The position numbers were made by a program, and so were the translations under genes. Of a stretch of 64,000 nucleotides of DNA, positions 45,401 to 56,066 are shown piece after piece (the first letter of the stretch is position 1; every line of letters begins with the position of its first letter). Source of the DNA: Chloroflexota bacterium (GTDB lineage Bacteria > Chloroflexota > Dehalococcoidia > Bin125). Location of the stretch: NCBI GenBank assembly GCA_009838915.1, contig VXQT01000013.1, positions 135,746 through 199,745 of the forward strand, written 5' to 3'. A model generated the notes under the pieces. That model was not told where the DNA came from. It saw only the letters and a list, made by a program, of their open reading frames with translations, and searched no databases.

Positions 45401-46978
45401 TCATACGCCGATCTTCCCGCTGGTCGGCAACGAATAGGCGCCGCCGGCCCAGCCGCCGAGGATGGTTGAGAACTTCGCCGCCGGCGAACCGGCGACGACG
45501 AGGATGATGTTGGACTTGTCGCGAAACTTGGACACCGGCATGTCGAGTGCGGCTTCCCCGCCGAAGCGCTCGACGATGTCGGGCGGCAAACCACAGCCGG
45601 CGTCAGCGGAACGCAGGCGGTCCTTGAGCGGAATCGCCGTCTCTTCCATGATGCACTCGCGCACGTCGTCCTTGGACCAGCCCGAGCGTCCGAAGATGCC
45701 GGCATGGTCGGGCGAGAGAACGACGAGGGTATCGACCATCGGCGATTTGGGGTCCTGCATGCAACTCATCGAGAGCGCCAATGTGCCGGCCAGTCCGCGG
45801 CCGTCGCGCGAGCGCTCGTCGGCGACCGTGGCCGGTCCACCGGACATGGCCATCAGCGTCGCGACATCGTCGGTCGGCTCAAAGCCGCGCTCAACGGCGA
45901 GTGACTCCCAGGGGCTGGCGTCTTCGTGTTCGGCGAAGTTCATGGTCAGACGGTGCGGCCCGCCCTGGGTCGCGCGGTCGGTGCCGCCGGGCACGCTGCC
46001 GCCGACGTTGCGGGCGCAAAGCCTCAGCGCGCGGCCGATGGACGCATTGGCGCGGTTGCCGCTGCCCAGCGCGTTGTGCAGGTAGTTCATCCCGATCCGG
46101 TCGCGGATCGGACCGTTGAAGACACCAACCGGCGTCGCGCCCATGGTCGTGGCCAACACGCCGTGGATGTTGAAGCTTTCGGTGCAAGCGATTTCGACCA
46201 GGGTGATGATCGAGGGCAGATACTCGGGCTTCGCGCCGGCCATGACGGCGTTGATCGCGATCTTCTCCACCGTGATCGGCGCGAGGTTGGGCGGCATGAC
46301 CGCGACTTCATCCTGCGGGTCGCGCGGCGTGCCCTGGAGCATCTTCCAGACGCGCTCGCGGGTCGGCGGCACAACCGGGAAACCGTCGGTGTAGCCCTGC
46401 TCATACATGAACTCGTGGATGTCGTCGCTTGCGGCGAGGTCAACGAGTCGTGAGAGCAGGTCGCCGCTCTTGAGCGCCTGCAGCCGCTCGTAAACGCCCG
46501 GTTCGTAGTTGCGGGCCCCGCAGCCGGGCCGTTGCTCGGGCAACGCCTCCCAATCGATGGCAGTGTCCCCGCCGGACCGGCCGGCGAGCGTCATCGATTC
46601 GCCGGCAATCTCGCGCCACTCGTGCTTGTCGAAGCCGAAGGTCTGCAGTGTGCAGTTTTGCTCTTCGTCGTAGAGGAAGAGCGTGGGCACGGTGTCGATG
46701 TCGGTCTCGTACGAGAGGTCGAGCGCGTCGTCGTCGAGCAGCGGCATGGTCAGGTCGTGGCGATCCTTGAGCACGGCGATATCGTCGCGCTTCTGCACTG
46801 CAACCCAGACATCCAGGCCGTCCTCGGTCGCGCGGTGGACGGCTTCAAGCAGCGGGAGCGTCAGGTTGCAGGTGTCGCAGTCCTCTTTGACCAGTGCTAG
46901 CAATACTGGCCCGTCGGGCGGGAAGTGCATCTCTTCGCCATCGGCGTTGGCGAGGGCAAAACGAGTTGGCGGGTGCAT
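45401..46978 (-). CDS. Fusion protein: N-terminal thioredoxin-like CxxC domain plus paralog 3 of the uncharacterised family
   Basis: N-terminal ...LLALVKEDCDTCNLTLPLLE is a Trx-fold CxxC. From ~160 aa onward the same blocks appear as in paralogs 1 and 2 (GFPVVPPTRERV, NALGSGNRAN..GRALRL, FAEHEDASPW). Confidence 0.65.
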   Translation of the reverse strand: MHPPTRFALANADGEEMHFPPDGPVLLALVKEDCDTCNLTLPLLEAVHRATEDGLDVWVAVQKRDDIAVLKDRHDLTMPLLDDDALDLSYETDIDTVPTLFLYDEEQNCTLQTFGFDKHEWREIAGESMTLAGRSGGDTAIDWEALPEQRPGCGARNYEPGVYERLQALKSGDLLSRLVDLAASDDIHEFMYEQGYTDGFPVVPPTRERVWKMLQGTPRDPQDEVAVMPPNLAPITVEKIAINAVMAGAKPEYLPSIITLVEIACTESFNIHGVLATTMGATPVGVFNGPIRDRIGMNYLHNALGSGNRANASIGRALRLCARNVGGSVPGGTDRATQGGPHRLTMNFAEHEDASPWESLAVERGFEPTDDVATLMAMSGGPATVADERSRDGRGLAGTLALSMSCMQDPKSPMVDTLVVLSPDHAGIFGRSGWSKDDVRECIMEETAIPLKDRLRSADAGCGLPPDIVERFGGEAALDMPVSKFRDKSNIILVVAGSPAAKFSTILGGWAGGAYSLPTSGKIGV

Positions 46979-47074
46979 GAACGTATTCTAGCGTTGCGAG
47001 TCATCGCTCCAACCGTTGACCATGTCACAGGTTGGCGCGAAACTACGTCGAGAACAGTTGAGGGGTGTGATCCA

Positions 47075-47404
47075 ATGGCTCAGCTTCGGCGGCTCCTACT
47101 CGCGTTGGTGGTGGTTGGGGGTCTGAGCGCGCTCACGCTGGGCGCAGCTGCAGCGGGTGAGCATGCGTTGACGGAGCCGGTGCAGATCGCGGAGGCGGGC
47201 GGTGAGGAAGACGACAGCTTGCACGTCTCGGACGAGACGCTGGCAACTTCGCTGTTCATTCCCTTCTGCTTCGTCGGCGCCACGGTGCTGGTGTTCATCT
47301 GGGCAATCCGCAGCCGAGCGAGGCGCGAGGACGATGAAGAGCCGATGCCCTGGTGGCGGACTCGCGAATGGTACACGCGGGGGATGGAAGAGGACGGCGG
47401 CTGA
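47075..47404 (+). CDS. Hypothetical small exported/membrane protein
   Basis: Signal-peptide-like N-terminus, acidic segment, a C-terminal TM helix and a basic tail. GAGGGG RBS. Confidence 0.4.
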   Translation: MAQLRRLLLALVVVGGLSALTLGAAAAGEHALTEPVQIAEAGGEEDDSLHVSDETLATSLFIPFCFVGATVLVFIWAIRSRARREDDEEPMPWWRTREWYTRGMEEDGG

Positions 47405-47444
47405 GGTCTTGCCGGCTTGTTGATGGACTTGCTTACACGAGCGC

Positions 47445-48545
47445 CTAGAACAGCAGGCGCCCCAGGCGCTTGCGGTACTCGACGACCACGGGCTGGTCGT
47501 CGCCCAACATGCCGAAGATGCCCAACAACGTCCTGCGAGCGGCTTCGTCCTGGGCGGTCTTGTCTAACTTGACCGACTCCAACAGTTCGTCCAGCGCCTG
47601 CATCCACTGGCCCTCAACTGCCAGCAGACAGCCGTGCCGGTAGCGAGCGAGCGCGTCGTCCGGGCTCGTCCCGGCCGCGCGACGCACCTCATCGGGGTCA
47701 AGTCCGTCCAGCACGGCCGTGAGCTCCATCGCCGTCAGCACGCTCTTGCTCATCGGATGGTTGGGCCAGCGCTTGGCGAGCTCCACGGCTCGCTCGTTCT
47801 CGCCAATGCGTGAGAGCACGGCGGCGAGCCCGACGCCGGCCGGTTCGTGATCCGGATCCTCTTCGAGCGCGGATTCGAAGTGCAGGCGCGCGATCGGGAT
47901 TTGGTTCTCCTGCAGCATCCGATATCCCTCAGCGGCCTTGATGTCGGCCTCGGACGGGATCAATGAATCGAAGAATGCGCGCACCTGTTCCTCAGGCAAC
48001 GCCCCGACAAACCGGTTGACGAGCTGTCCCCCAACGAAGGCAAACACCGCCGGGATGCCTTCCACCTGCAGCGCCTGAGCGACCTGTGGATTCTCGTCCG
48101 TGTTGACCTTGACGAGCTGGACCTGCCCGTCGCGCTCGTAGGCCAGCTTCTCGAGAACTGGTCCGAGCACTCGGCAGGGGCCGCACCACGGAGCCCAACA
48201 ATCGACGATCACCGGAATCTCATGCGATCGCTGGATGACATCCTGAGCGAAGCTGGCGTCGGTCGAGTCGATTACCGCCGCGACGTGTCCGTGGAGACTG
48301 ACCGGTTCGTTGTCTTCTGCCTCCGCCTGGAGAGGCTCTGCAGGCTGCGCGGGCGAAGGCGTGCGGTTCAGCGGAACCGGTTCCGGCGGCGGTGTAGACG
48401 GTTGCTGCTGCACCCGCCGCATCGGTTGGCCGGAGGCCGAGTAGATGACCGGACCGGACGGTTGTTGCTGCTGCTGCGGAGGCGGCGCGCCGCGCTGTAC
48501 TGGGTCACCGGGGAACGGAATCGGGTCGGGCGGCCTCTGCGTCAT
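47445..48545 (-). CDS. Thioredoxin-domain protein with C-terminal TPR-like domain (YbbN/CnoX-like)
   Basis: WAPWCGPC active site. Gln/Pro-rich N-terminus. Internal ATG with a GGAG RBS chosen as start. Confidence 0.8.
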   Translation of the reverse strand: MTQRPPDPIPFPGDPVQRGAPPPQQQQQPSGPVIYSASGQPMRRVQQQPSTPPPEPVPLNRTPSPAQPAEPLQAEAEDNEPVSLHGHVAAVIDSTDASFAQDVIQRSHEIPVIVDCWAPWCGPCRVLGPVLEKLAYERDGQVQLVKVNTDENPQVAQALQVEGIPAVFAFVGGQLVNRFVGALPEEQVRAFFDSLIPSEADIKAAEGYRMLQENQIPIARLHFESALEEDPDHEPAGVGLAAVLSRIGENERAVELAKRWPNHPMSKSVLTAMELTAVLDGLDPDEVRRAAGTSPDDALARYRHGCLLAVEGQWMQALDELLESVKLDKTAQDEAARRTLLGIFGMLGDDQPVVVEYRKRLGRLLF

Positions 48546-48580
48546 TCGAGTCTCCGGGCTAGTCAGGGTGACCGGTTCGG

Positions 48581-48781
48581 TTACCAGTTGGTGTAGCGCT
48601 TGCGTTTGGGGAAGTTGGCAGAGCGGTTCTTGGTCGAGTTGTTCTCGAAGATACCGGCAATGACACGCTCGGACTTGGCCTCGCAGGTCGGACAATCCTG
48701 CGGCTCCGAGGCCTGTGACATGGGACGGATCTTCTCAAAGTTCTCGCTGCACTTCTCGCAGCGATAGGTGTAGACGGGCAC
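48581..48781 (-). CDS. FmdB family zinc-ribbon protein
   Basis: (M)PVYTYRCEKC...CPTC. GTG start with AGGAG 9 nt upstream. Confidence 0.65.
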   Translation of the reverse strand: MPVYTYRCEKCSENFEKIRPMSQASEPQDCPTCEAKSERVIAGIFENNSTKNRSANFPKRKRYTNW

Positions 48782-48819
48782 GTCATCATCTCCTGAAGCG
48801 TTGGACGATCGGATCGAGT

Positions 48820-49695
48820 CTATCGCGCCCGCGCAGAAACAACTGAGCGTCGCAGCTGGCGGGCCGCGCCCGACACGCTTAGCGCCCAGGAGACCTCTTC
48901 CACGTCGTGCACGCGGACCACATGCGCGCCGAGCCAGGCGGCGAGAACGTTGAACGCGATCGTGGCCTCCAACATGCCGGGGCGAGCCTGGGCGTCGTGC
49001 GAACGGAGCTCGCCGTAGCCCAGCAACTCTGCGAGGAATCCCTTGCGCGAGGCGGAGATCAGGACCGGATAGCCGAGTGCGGCGAGGTCGGGGAGGTCGA
49101 GTAGCAGGCGGAGGTTGTCTTCGAGTCCGCGGCCGAACTGGAATCCCGGGTCGATCCAGACATCGGGCGCGCCGGCCTGCTTGATCTCGCCCGCACGCTG
49201 TTCGAGGTAGCTGCGCACTTCGGCGGTGACGTTGTCGTAGTCATGGTCGGCTTCGCGGTGACGCTGGGGACGTCCGCGCATGTGCATGATCGCAATAGGC
49301 GTCCCGGTTTCGACTGCGACTGTGACGGTGTCCGGATCTGCGCCGGTGATGTCGTTAATCAAGTGCGCGCCCGCGGCGACCGCTGCACGGGCGACGGACG
49401 CGGTCCAGGTGTCAACGGAAACCAGGTGCCCCTCCGCGACCAGGGACTCGACGACTGGTCCGACGCGAGCGATCTCTTCGTCCGGAGCGACCTCCACGGC
49501 GCCCGTTCGCGTCGATTGCGCGCCGACGTCGATGATGCTCGCGCCGGCCCTTCGCAGCTCCGCAGCGCGGCGCGGAGCGTCGCCGACAGGAACAACTGAA
49601 TCGGATACAGGCGAGTCGGTTGCGACGTTGAGGATACCCATGACCAGGCAGCGGTCGGTCGCGTCGAGCTGCTGGCCGCCAAGCTCAATCAGCAT
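48820..49695 (-). CDS. folP: Dihydropteroate synthase
   Basis: Pterin-binding domain motifs (LVMGILNVATDS, IIDVGAQSTR, INDITG). Confidence 0.85.
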   Translation of the reverse strand: MLIELGGQQLDATDRCLVMGILNVATDSPVSDSVVPVGDAPRRAAELRRAGASIIDVGAQSTRTGAVEVAPDEEIARVGPVVESLVAEGHLVSVDTWTASVARAAVAAGAHLINDITGADPDTVTVAVETGTPIAIMHMRGRPQRHREADHDYDNVTAEVRSYLEQRAGEIKQAGAPDVWIDPGFQFGRGLEDNLRLLLDLPDLAALGYPVLISASRKGFLAELLGYGELRSHDAQARPGMLEATIAFNVLAAWLGAHVVRVHDVEEVSWALSVSGAARQLRRSVVSARAR

Positions 49696-49704
49696 CGTCG
49701 GCTC

Positions 49705-51144
49705 TCAGCGCCGCCGGGCCACGTAGTGGGGGCTGCGGCCGAAGAACAGCTGCGCCGCTTCCATGATCGACTCGTTTAGCGTCGGGTGAGCGTGAATCGA
49801 CTCGGCCAGGTCCGAAGCTCGCGCACCCATTTCGACGGCCAGCACACCCTCTCCGATCAGCTCGCCGGCGCCTGGACCGACGATCTGCATTCCCAACACT
49901 CGCTCCGATCCCTGCTCAATGACCAGTCGAGTGAGCCCGTCGTTGCGGCCGGAGGCAGAAGCGCGGCCAAGCGCCGCCCAAGGGAAGCTGACCGTGGTTG
50001 CCTCGACGTCAATCGCGGAGGCGTCGGCCTGGCTTAGCCCACACCAGGCAATCTCGGGGTCGGTGAAGATCACTGCAGGAACGGCAAGTGGGCGAAACAT
50101 TGCCGGCTCACCGAGGATGGCCTCGATCGCGACCGACGCTTCCGCAGTGGCCTTGTGCGCCAGCATGGGCTCACCGGCGACGTCTCCGATAGCAAAGATC
50201 GATGGCTCTGCGGTGCGGCGCTGCATGTCGGTGACAATGAAGCCGTGATCGTCAACGTGGGCCTTCGTGCGATGCAGTCCCAGACCGGCGCTGTTGGGGC
50301 GCCGCCCGGTGGCGATCAAGACGCGGTCAAATGTCTCGGTCCGCTCGACGCCGGCGTCGTCGGCCAGCACTGCCTCGATGCCCTGATCGACTTCCGTCAG
50401 CGAGACCACGGTGGTATTGACCAGGGTTTCGGCGAAGCGCGATCGTAGGCTGCGCTTGAGCACGCGTACCAAGTCGTGTTCCACGCCGCTGAGGATGTCG
50501 GGCAGCGACTCGACCACGGTCACGGTCGATCCCAGTTCGGCGTACACCGTTCCAAGCTCGAGTCCGATGTAGCCGCCGCCGACAACCAGCAGCGAGTCTG
50601 GCACATCCGGCAGTTCGAGCGCCTGGGCGGCGTCCATGACAAGCTCGGAGTCGAGCTGCAGTGGGCGGGGGATTGCCGCGCTGGAGCCGGTGGCGATGAT
50701 CAGGGCGTCGAAATCGAACGGCAGCACCTCGCCGTTCGACTCGATGTTGAGCTGGTTGGCGTCGCGAATGCGGCCGAAGCCTTGCTGGTAGTGGACGTGG
50801 TGTTGTCGTCGCAGTAGTCCCAGACCATTGGTCATCTTGAGGACCACACCGTCCTTCCAGTCGCGAAGCTGATCCAGGTCGATTTGCGGCTCCCCGAAGC
50901 TGATGCCCCACTCGGACGCATGGCGGGCCTCGCGAATCAGTTTGGCGACATGCAACAGCGCCTTGGAGGGAATACAGCCCTCGTAGAGGCAGACGCCACC
51001 TGGTTGAGGCCGCGTATCGATCAGAGTGACATCGAGGCCTCGCTCGGCCGCGTGGAACGCGGCCGGGTAGCCTCCCGGACCTGCACCGAGCACGGCGAGG
51101 CGTATCGTGCCCGTGCCGGTGCCGTTTGCGTCGCTGGTCACCAC
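49705..51144 (-). CDS. lpd: Dihydrolipoyl dehydrogenase (E3)
   Basis: FAD motif GAGPGG, redox-active disulfide GGVCLYEGCIPSK, and NAD and dimerisation domains. Confidence 0.9.
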   Translation of the reverse strand: MVTSDANGTGTGTIRLAVLGAGPGGYPAAFHAAERGLDVTLIDTRPQPGGVCLYEGCIPSKALLHVAKLIREARHASEWGISFGEPQIDLDQLRDWKDGVVLKMTNGLGLLRRQHHVHYQQGFGRIRDANQLNIESNGEVLPFDFDALIIATGSSAAIPRPLQLDSELVMDAAQALELPDVPDSLLVVGGGYIGLELGTVYAELGSTVTVVESLPDILSGVEHDLVRVLKRSLRSRFAETLVNTTVVSLTEVDQGIEAVLADDAGVERTETFDRVLIATGRRPNSAGLGLHRTKAHVDDHGFIVTDMQRRTAEPSIFAIGDVAGEPMLAHKATAEASVAIEAILGEPAMFRPLAVPAVIFTDPEIAWCGLSQADASAIDVEATTVSFPWAALGRASASGRNDGLTRLVIEQGSERVLGMQIVGPGAGELIGEGVLAVEMGARASDLAESIHAHPTLNESIMEAAQLFFGRSPHYVARRR

Positions 51145-51146
51145 TG

Positions 51147-52556
51147 CTATCCCCCGAGCGCCAGGACGAGCGGTTGCCGGATCACGTCGGCGATCCAGGT
51201 CATGAATCGAGCACCATCTGCGCCATCCATCACCCGGTGATCGAAGGTGAATGAGAGCGGCAGAATGCTGCGCGGCTCCCAGTCGTGCCGCGCTTCGGAC
51301 CAGACCGGACGCCGGTCGGCGCGACCGATGCCGAGAATGGCGGTGTTGGGGTGGTGGATGATTGGCGTGAAGTGTCCGGTTCCCAGCCCGCCGAGGTTGG
51401 TCACTGTGAAGCTGCTGCCGCGGAAGTCCTGCAATCCAAGATCACCGGAGCGGGCCCGCTCTGAGATGTCGGTGAGTTCCACGGAGATCTCGATGATGTT
51501 CTTTGAGTCGACATCTCGGATCACGGGGACGACCAGTCCCCGGGGAGTGTCTACTGCGACGCCGATGTTGACGTAACTCTTGAGTATGAGTTCGTCGTTC
51601 TCCGCATCGATCGAGCTGTTGACGTTGGGATGCTCCTTGAGTGCGGCAGCGGTGATCTTGAGCAGGATTGCAGTGATTGTCAGGCGGCCGCCGGCCTCTT
51701 CGGCATGCGCTCGGAAATCGCGGCGCACCTGTTCGAGTTCCGTGACGTCCGCCGAGTGGAACAGCGTGACGTGTGGCACTTCGTGCCAGGATGTCGCCAT
51801 GTTGCGCTTGATCGTGCGGCGCAGTCGACTCATGGGCACACGTTCGATCGCCCCGAATTCTGCAAAGTCTGGAAGGGGACCCGGGGATGGCGCACTGTGA
51901 CCGCCCGCCGGGGCCGGATCGGGCGCATCTCTGGCGTGACGTTTGATGTCTTCGAGGTCGATTCGACCGCCGGGTCCTGCTCCCTGAACGGCGCGAATGT
52001 CCACGCCGATCTCGCGGGCGAAGCGACGCACTGAGGGCGACGCGAAGACCGGTCGCGTCTCAAGATAGCCTTCGACCAGGGGAGCCGGAGCCGCGCTCGG
52101 CGCGGGCGGGGTCGGGGCGGGCGGGGGATTCTCGACCGACTCAGTTGCGTTGCCTGCCTGCTCGGAGCCGTTCTCCGATGCTGCGGCGCCGATCTCGACG
52201 GGTGGAGCAGGCGATGGAGGCGGTTCAGTGGTTTCAGCCTGTACCGGCGGATCGTTGGGTGCTGAGGTCTGTGCAACGGCTGCAGGCGGCGCATCGGTGC
52301 TATTCGGATCGACGCTGATCACGGGATCGCCGGGGCGAATCGTGTCTCCCGACTTGACGTGTACTCCCTTCACGACTCCAGCAAGCGAAGAGGGTAGATC
52401 GAGCGTGGCTTTTTCGGTTTCAATCTCCGCGATCGGCTGTTCTAGGGCGATCTGGTCACCGACGCTTACATACACCTGGAGCACGTCCGCCTCTTCGATG
52501 TCTTCACCAAGGTCGGGCAGCAGGATGACTCCAGGGTCGGAGGCGGCGGTCGTCAT
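51147..52556 (-). CDS. aceF: Dihydrolipoamide acyltransferase (E2) of a 2-oxoacid dehydrogenase complex
   Basis: Lipoyl domain ([12 protein letters not shown]), Pro/Ala linker, E3-binding domain, and a catalytic domain with the DHRVMDG motif. Confidence 0.85.
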   Translation of the reverse strand: MTTAASDPGVILLPDLGEDIEEADVLQVYVSVGDQIALEQPIAEIETEKATLDLPSSLAGVVKGVHVKSGDTIRPGDPVISVDPNSTDAPPAAVAQTSAPNDPPVQAETTEPPPSPAPPVEIGAAASENGSEQAGNATESVENPPPAPTPPAPSAAPAPLVEGYLETRPVFASPSVRRFAREIGVDIRAVQGAGPGGRIDLEDIKRHARDAPDPAPAGGHSAPSPGPLPDFAEFGAIERVPMSRLRRTIKRNMATSWHEVPHVTLFHSADVTELEQVRRDFRAHAEEAGGRLTITAILLKITAAALKEHPNVNSSIDAENDELILKSYVNIGVAVDTPRGLVVPVIRDVDSKNIIEISVELTDISERARSGDLGLQDFRGSSFTVTNLGGLGTGHFTPIIHHPNTAILGIGRADRRPVWSEARHDWEPRSILPLSFTFDHRVMDGADGARFMTWIADVIRQPLVLALGG

Positions 52557-52565
52557 ATCAGTCGT

Positions 52566-55262
52566 CTAACTCATCATCGGGTCGGCGCGATCCGGATCGA
52601 TGCCGAGTTCGCTGCGCGCCCTGAGCAAGGTGTCGCCGTCGATCTCGTCGCGTCGGTTCAGCGCGCTGAGCGCCGACCAGACGATGTGACTGGAATCAAC
52701 CTCGAAGAAGTCTCGCAGCGCTTCGCGGGTGTCTGAGCGACCAAAGCCGTCGGTGCCGAGCGCAGTGAGCGGACCGGGCAACCAGCGCGCCACGAGGTCG
52801 GGCAGCGACGCGGTGTAATCGCTGGCGGCCACGATCGGCGCGTCGCATTGGCCCAGCGACGTCTCCAGCCAGCACCGGCGAGGCTCCTCCAGGGGGTGGA
52901 ACCTGTTCCAGCGGTCGGTGTGAAGCGCCTCTCGCCGCAACTCGGTGTACGACGTCACCGACCAGACATCGGCGCGGATGTCGAAGTCGTCGCGGAGTAT
53001 CTGTTGTGCGGCTCGAACCTCGTTGAGTATTGGGCCGCTGCCCAGCAACCGAACCTGGGGAGCCTCGCTGGGAACCAGGGGATAGATGCCGCGCAGGATG
53101 CCTTCCCTGACGAGCTCAGACTCGGGCATCGGTGGCTGAACGTAGGGCTCATTCTCGACGGTGATGTAGTAGAAGATGCTCTCGTCTTCGTCGTGCATGC
53201 GTCGGATGCCATCCTGGACGATGACCGCAATCTCGTAGGCGTAGGCAGGGTCGTAGGCGATCAGGTTGGGAATCGTGGAGGCAAGCAAGTGGCTGTGGCC
53301 GTCCTGGTGCTGTAGCCCTTCGCCGTTGAGCGTGGTGCGACCTGCCGTTGCGCCAATCAGGAATCCACGCGCACGCGAGTCGCCCGCGGCGTAAGCCAGA
53401 TCGCCGAATCGCTGCAGCCCGAACATCGAATAGAAGATGAAGAACGGAATCGTCGGGACCTGGAGCGAGGAATAGGACATGCCGCCGGCGATGAACGACG
53501 ACATGGCGCCAGCCTCGGTGATGCCCTCCTCAAGTATCTGGCCGTCGCGCGACTCCTTGTAGTAGAGCAGACGATCCGAGTCGACCGGTTCGTAGAGCTG
53601 ACCGGCCGACGCGTAGATGCCGAACTCGCGAAACATGCCTTCCATCCCGAAGGTGCGCGACTCGTCGGGCACGATCGGCACGATGCGCTCGCCCAGCTCG
53701 CGGTCTCGCATGAGCCTGCTGAGCATCCTCACGATGCCCATCGTGGTCGACGCCTCGCGATCGCCGGTGCCTTCAAGGAACTCGGAGAAGGTCTCGTCGG
53801 GCGGCGCAGTCAGGTTGGACCGGGGCGACCGGCGCTCCGGCACGTGGCCGCCAAGCGCCTCCTTGCGTGTGGAGATGTAGGCCGCTTCTCGGCTGTCGCG
53901 CGAGGGCCGGTACAGGGGTGCGCCGACCACCTCGTCGTCCGAAAGCGGAATCGCGAACCGATCCCGGAACTGCATCAATTCCTGCTCGTTCAACTCCTTC
54001 TGTTGATGCGTGATGTTGCGTCCCTCACCGGCCTCGCCGAGTCCGTACCCCTTGATCGTGCGGGCCAGGATCACGGTCGGCGCGCCGCGATGATCAACGG
54101 CGGCACGATACGCGGCGTGCACCTTGAGTGGATCGTGTCCGCCCAACCGCATCCGCCAGAGTTCGTCGTCGGACATGTCGTCAACCATGCGCAGCAAGCG
54201 AGGATCGACACCCCAGAAGTGATTGCGGACGTAGCCTCCACCAGCCACGGTGTACTTCTGATACTCGCCGTCGACAACCTCACCCATGCGTTGGACAAGC
54301 AGACCCTGGTCGTCCCTGGCGAGCAACTGATCCCACTCCGAGCCCCAGATGACCTTAATCACGTTCCAGCCGACGCCGCGGAACACGGCCTCGAGCTCCT
54401 GGATGATCTGGCCGTTGCCGCGGACCGGTCCGTCGAGGCGTTGCAGGTTGCAGTTGACCACAAACACCAGGTTGTCAAGCTCCTCTCGAGACGCCAGCGC
54501 GATCGAGCCGAGAGTCTCGGGTTCGTCGGTCTCACCGTCGCCGAGGAAGCACCAGACCTTGCGATCTGTTGGTTCGAGCAAGTCGCGGTTCTCGAGATAG
54601 CGGATGAATCGCGCCTGGTAGATGGCCTGGATCGGGCCGAGGCCCATGGAGACAGTCGGAAACTGCCAGTAGTCGTCCATCAACCAGGGATGAGGGTATG
54701 AGGGCAGACCGCCAGAGAGTTCCTGGCGGAACTTGTGGAGTTGGTCGGGTGCGAGACGACCTTCGACATAACCTCGCGCATAGATGCCCGGTGCGGAGTG
54801 TCCCTGGAAGTAGACGAGGTCGCCACCACAGGGATGATCCTGGCCGCGGAAGAAATGGTTGAACCCGACCTCATACAGCGTGGCAGCGGAAGCATAGGTC
54901 GAGATGTGCCCGCCGATGCCGTGATTGTTCTGGTTGGCCTCGACGACCATCGCCATCGCATTCCATCGGATGATGGACTTGATCCGACGTTCCAGCGCAA
55001 GGTCTCCCGGGTAGGGCGGCTGTCTCTCGATCGGAATCGTGTTGACGTAGGGAGTCTGCGATGTGACGGGCAAGCGAATGCCTGAGCGCTGCGCCTCGAT
55101 CTGCAACGTCTGCAAGAGGCGCGAAACCCGCTCCGGACCTCGCCGTCTGGCGACATCGCGAAGCGAGTCGATCCAGTCGTTCGTCTCCAGCCAATCTTCG
55201 GACCCCGAGGGCTCGATTTCACGGCCAAGCGCCATTCGCCATGGAGACTCGGAGGTAGTCAT
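52566..55262 (-). CDS. aceE: Pyruvate dehydrogenase E1 component, homodimeric type
   Basis: 898 aa. ThDP motif GDGETDEPE. Confidence 0.9.
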   Translation of the reverse strand: MTTSESPWRMALGREIEPSGSEDWLETNDWIDSLRDVARRRGPERVSRLLQTLQIEAQRSGIRLPVTSQTPYVNTIPIERQPPYPGDLALERRIKSIIRWNAMAMVVEANQNNHGIGGHISTYASAATLYEVGFNHFFRGQDHPCGGDLVYFQGHSAPGIYARGYVEGRLAPDQLHKFRQELSGGLPSYPHPWLMDDYWQFPTVSMGLGPIQAIYQARFIRYLENRDLLEPTDRKVWCFLGDGETDEPETLGSIALASREELDNLVFVVNCNLQRLDGPVRGNGQIIQELEAVFRGVGWNVIKVIWGSEWDQLLARDDQGLLVQRMGEVVDGEYQKYTVAGGGYVRNHFWGVDPRLLRMVDDMSDDELWRMRLGGHDPLKVHAAYRAAVDHRGAPTVILARTIKGYGLGEAGEGRNITHQQKELNEQELMQFRDRFAIPLSDDEVVGAPLYRPSRDSREAAYISTRKEALGGHVPERRSPRSNLTAPPDETFSEFLEGTGDREASTTMGIVRMLSRLMRDRELGERIVPIVPDESRTFGMEGMFREFGIYASAGQLYEPVDSDRLLYYKESRDGQILEEGITEAGAMSSFIAGGMSYSSLQVPTIPFFIFYSMFGLQRFGDLAYAAGDSRARGFLIGATAGRTTLNGEGLQHQDGHSHLLASTIPNLIAYDPAYAYEIAVIVQDGIRRMHDEDESIFYYITVENEPYVQPPMPESELVREGILRGIYPLVPSEAPQVRLLGSGPILNEVRAAQQILRDDFDIRADVWSVTSYTELRREALHTDRWNRFHPLEEPRRCWLETSLGQCDAPIVAASDYTASLPDLVARWLPGPLTALGTDGFGRSDTREALRDFFEVDSSHIVWSALSALNRRDEIDGDTLLRARSELGIDPDRADPMMS

Positions 55263-55355
55263 GTTGAAGCCAGTTTACTCAACCGCAGATGGCGTTCTCT
55301 TGACGAAGTCGCGCGATCAATAGACTTAACCAAAGAATCACAGGGCAGGAGCAGC

Positions 55356-56066
55356 ATGTCGGCAGCGGCGGTGAGTGCAGCGAGGCGGAGCCCAGAACCG
55401 GGCATTGAGCGCTCTCGAATCGTTCAATCTGGTCGGTTGGCAACGATGCCGTATCAGGCAGCTCTTGCCTGGCAGCAGCAGAGAGCTGAGGCGGTAGCGG
55501 TGGGCGCGCTGCCTGAGGTCATCGTCCTACTGGAACATGAACCCGTCTACACGCAAGGACGGCGTGGCGGGCGGGATCACGTGCTCACCGAGCTATCTGC
55601 TCCGGTGGTCGATACCGATCGCGGCGGCGACGTCACATTCCATGGACCCGGTCAACTGGTGGTCTGGCCAATCCTGCGCCTGCGGGAGCGAGGCATCGGC
55701 ATTGCGGCGTACGTTCGCGGACTCGAGGAAGCGGCGATGCAGACGGCACTGGAATTGGGCCTGAAGCCCGAACGCGTCTCAGGTCGCCCGGGGGTCTGGC
55801 TGGGCAATCGGAAGCTCGCCAGCGTCGGCGTGCGGCTGCAGTCGGGCGTGAGCAGGCATGGTCTGGCGCTCAACTGTGATGTGGAGCTGTCCTGGTTCGA
55901 TGGGATTCGCGCCTGTGGCATTGACCGGGCGACCACGACATCGCTGACGGCCGAACTTGGAAGGACAGTCACCGTCTCGGAGTGCGTACCTCTTGTCAGG
56001 GATGCCCTCGCCACGGTGTTTGGGTTGCGACTGTCGCCGGTGCAGTGCCTGGGTGAAGAGCAATGA
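55356..56066 (+). CDS. lipB: Lipoyl(octanoyl) transferase
   Basis: LLEHEPVYTQG, FHGPGQLVVWPIL and the KLASVG catalytic Lys region. Confidence 0.85.
   Translation: MSAAAVSAARRSPEPGIERSRIVQSGRLATMPYQAALAWQQQRAEAVAVGALPEVIVLLEHEPVYTQGRRGGRDHVLTELSAPVVDTDRGGDVTFHGPGQLVVWPILRLRERGIGIAAYVRGLEEAAMQTALELGLKPERVSGRPGVWLGNRKLASVGVRLQSGVSRHGLALNCDVELSWFDGIRACGIDRATTTSLTAELGRTVTVSECVPLVRDALATVFGLRLSPVQCLGEEQ

Noticed and set aside
44698-45507. 269-aa plus-strand ORF across the selenoprotein locus
   Set aside because: It is antisense to the UGSC selenoprotein gene. The minus-strand frame has clear coding character and a family-defining motif.
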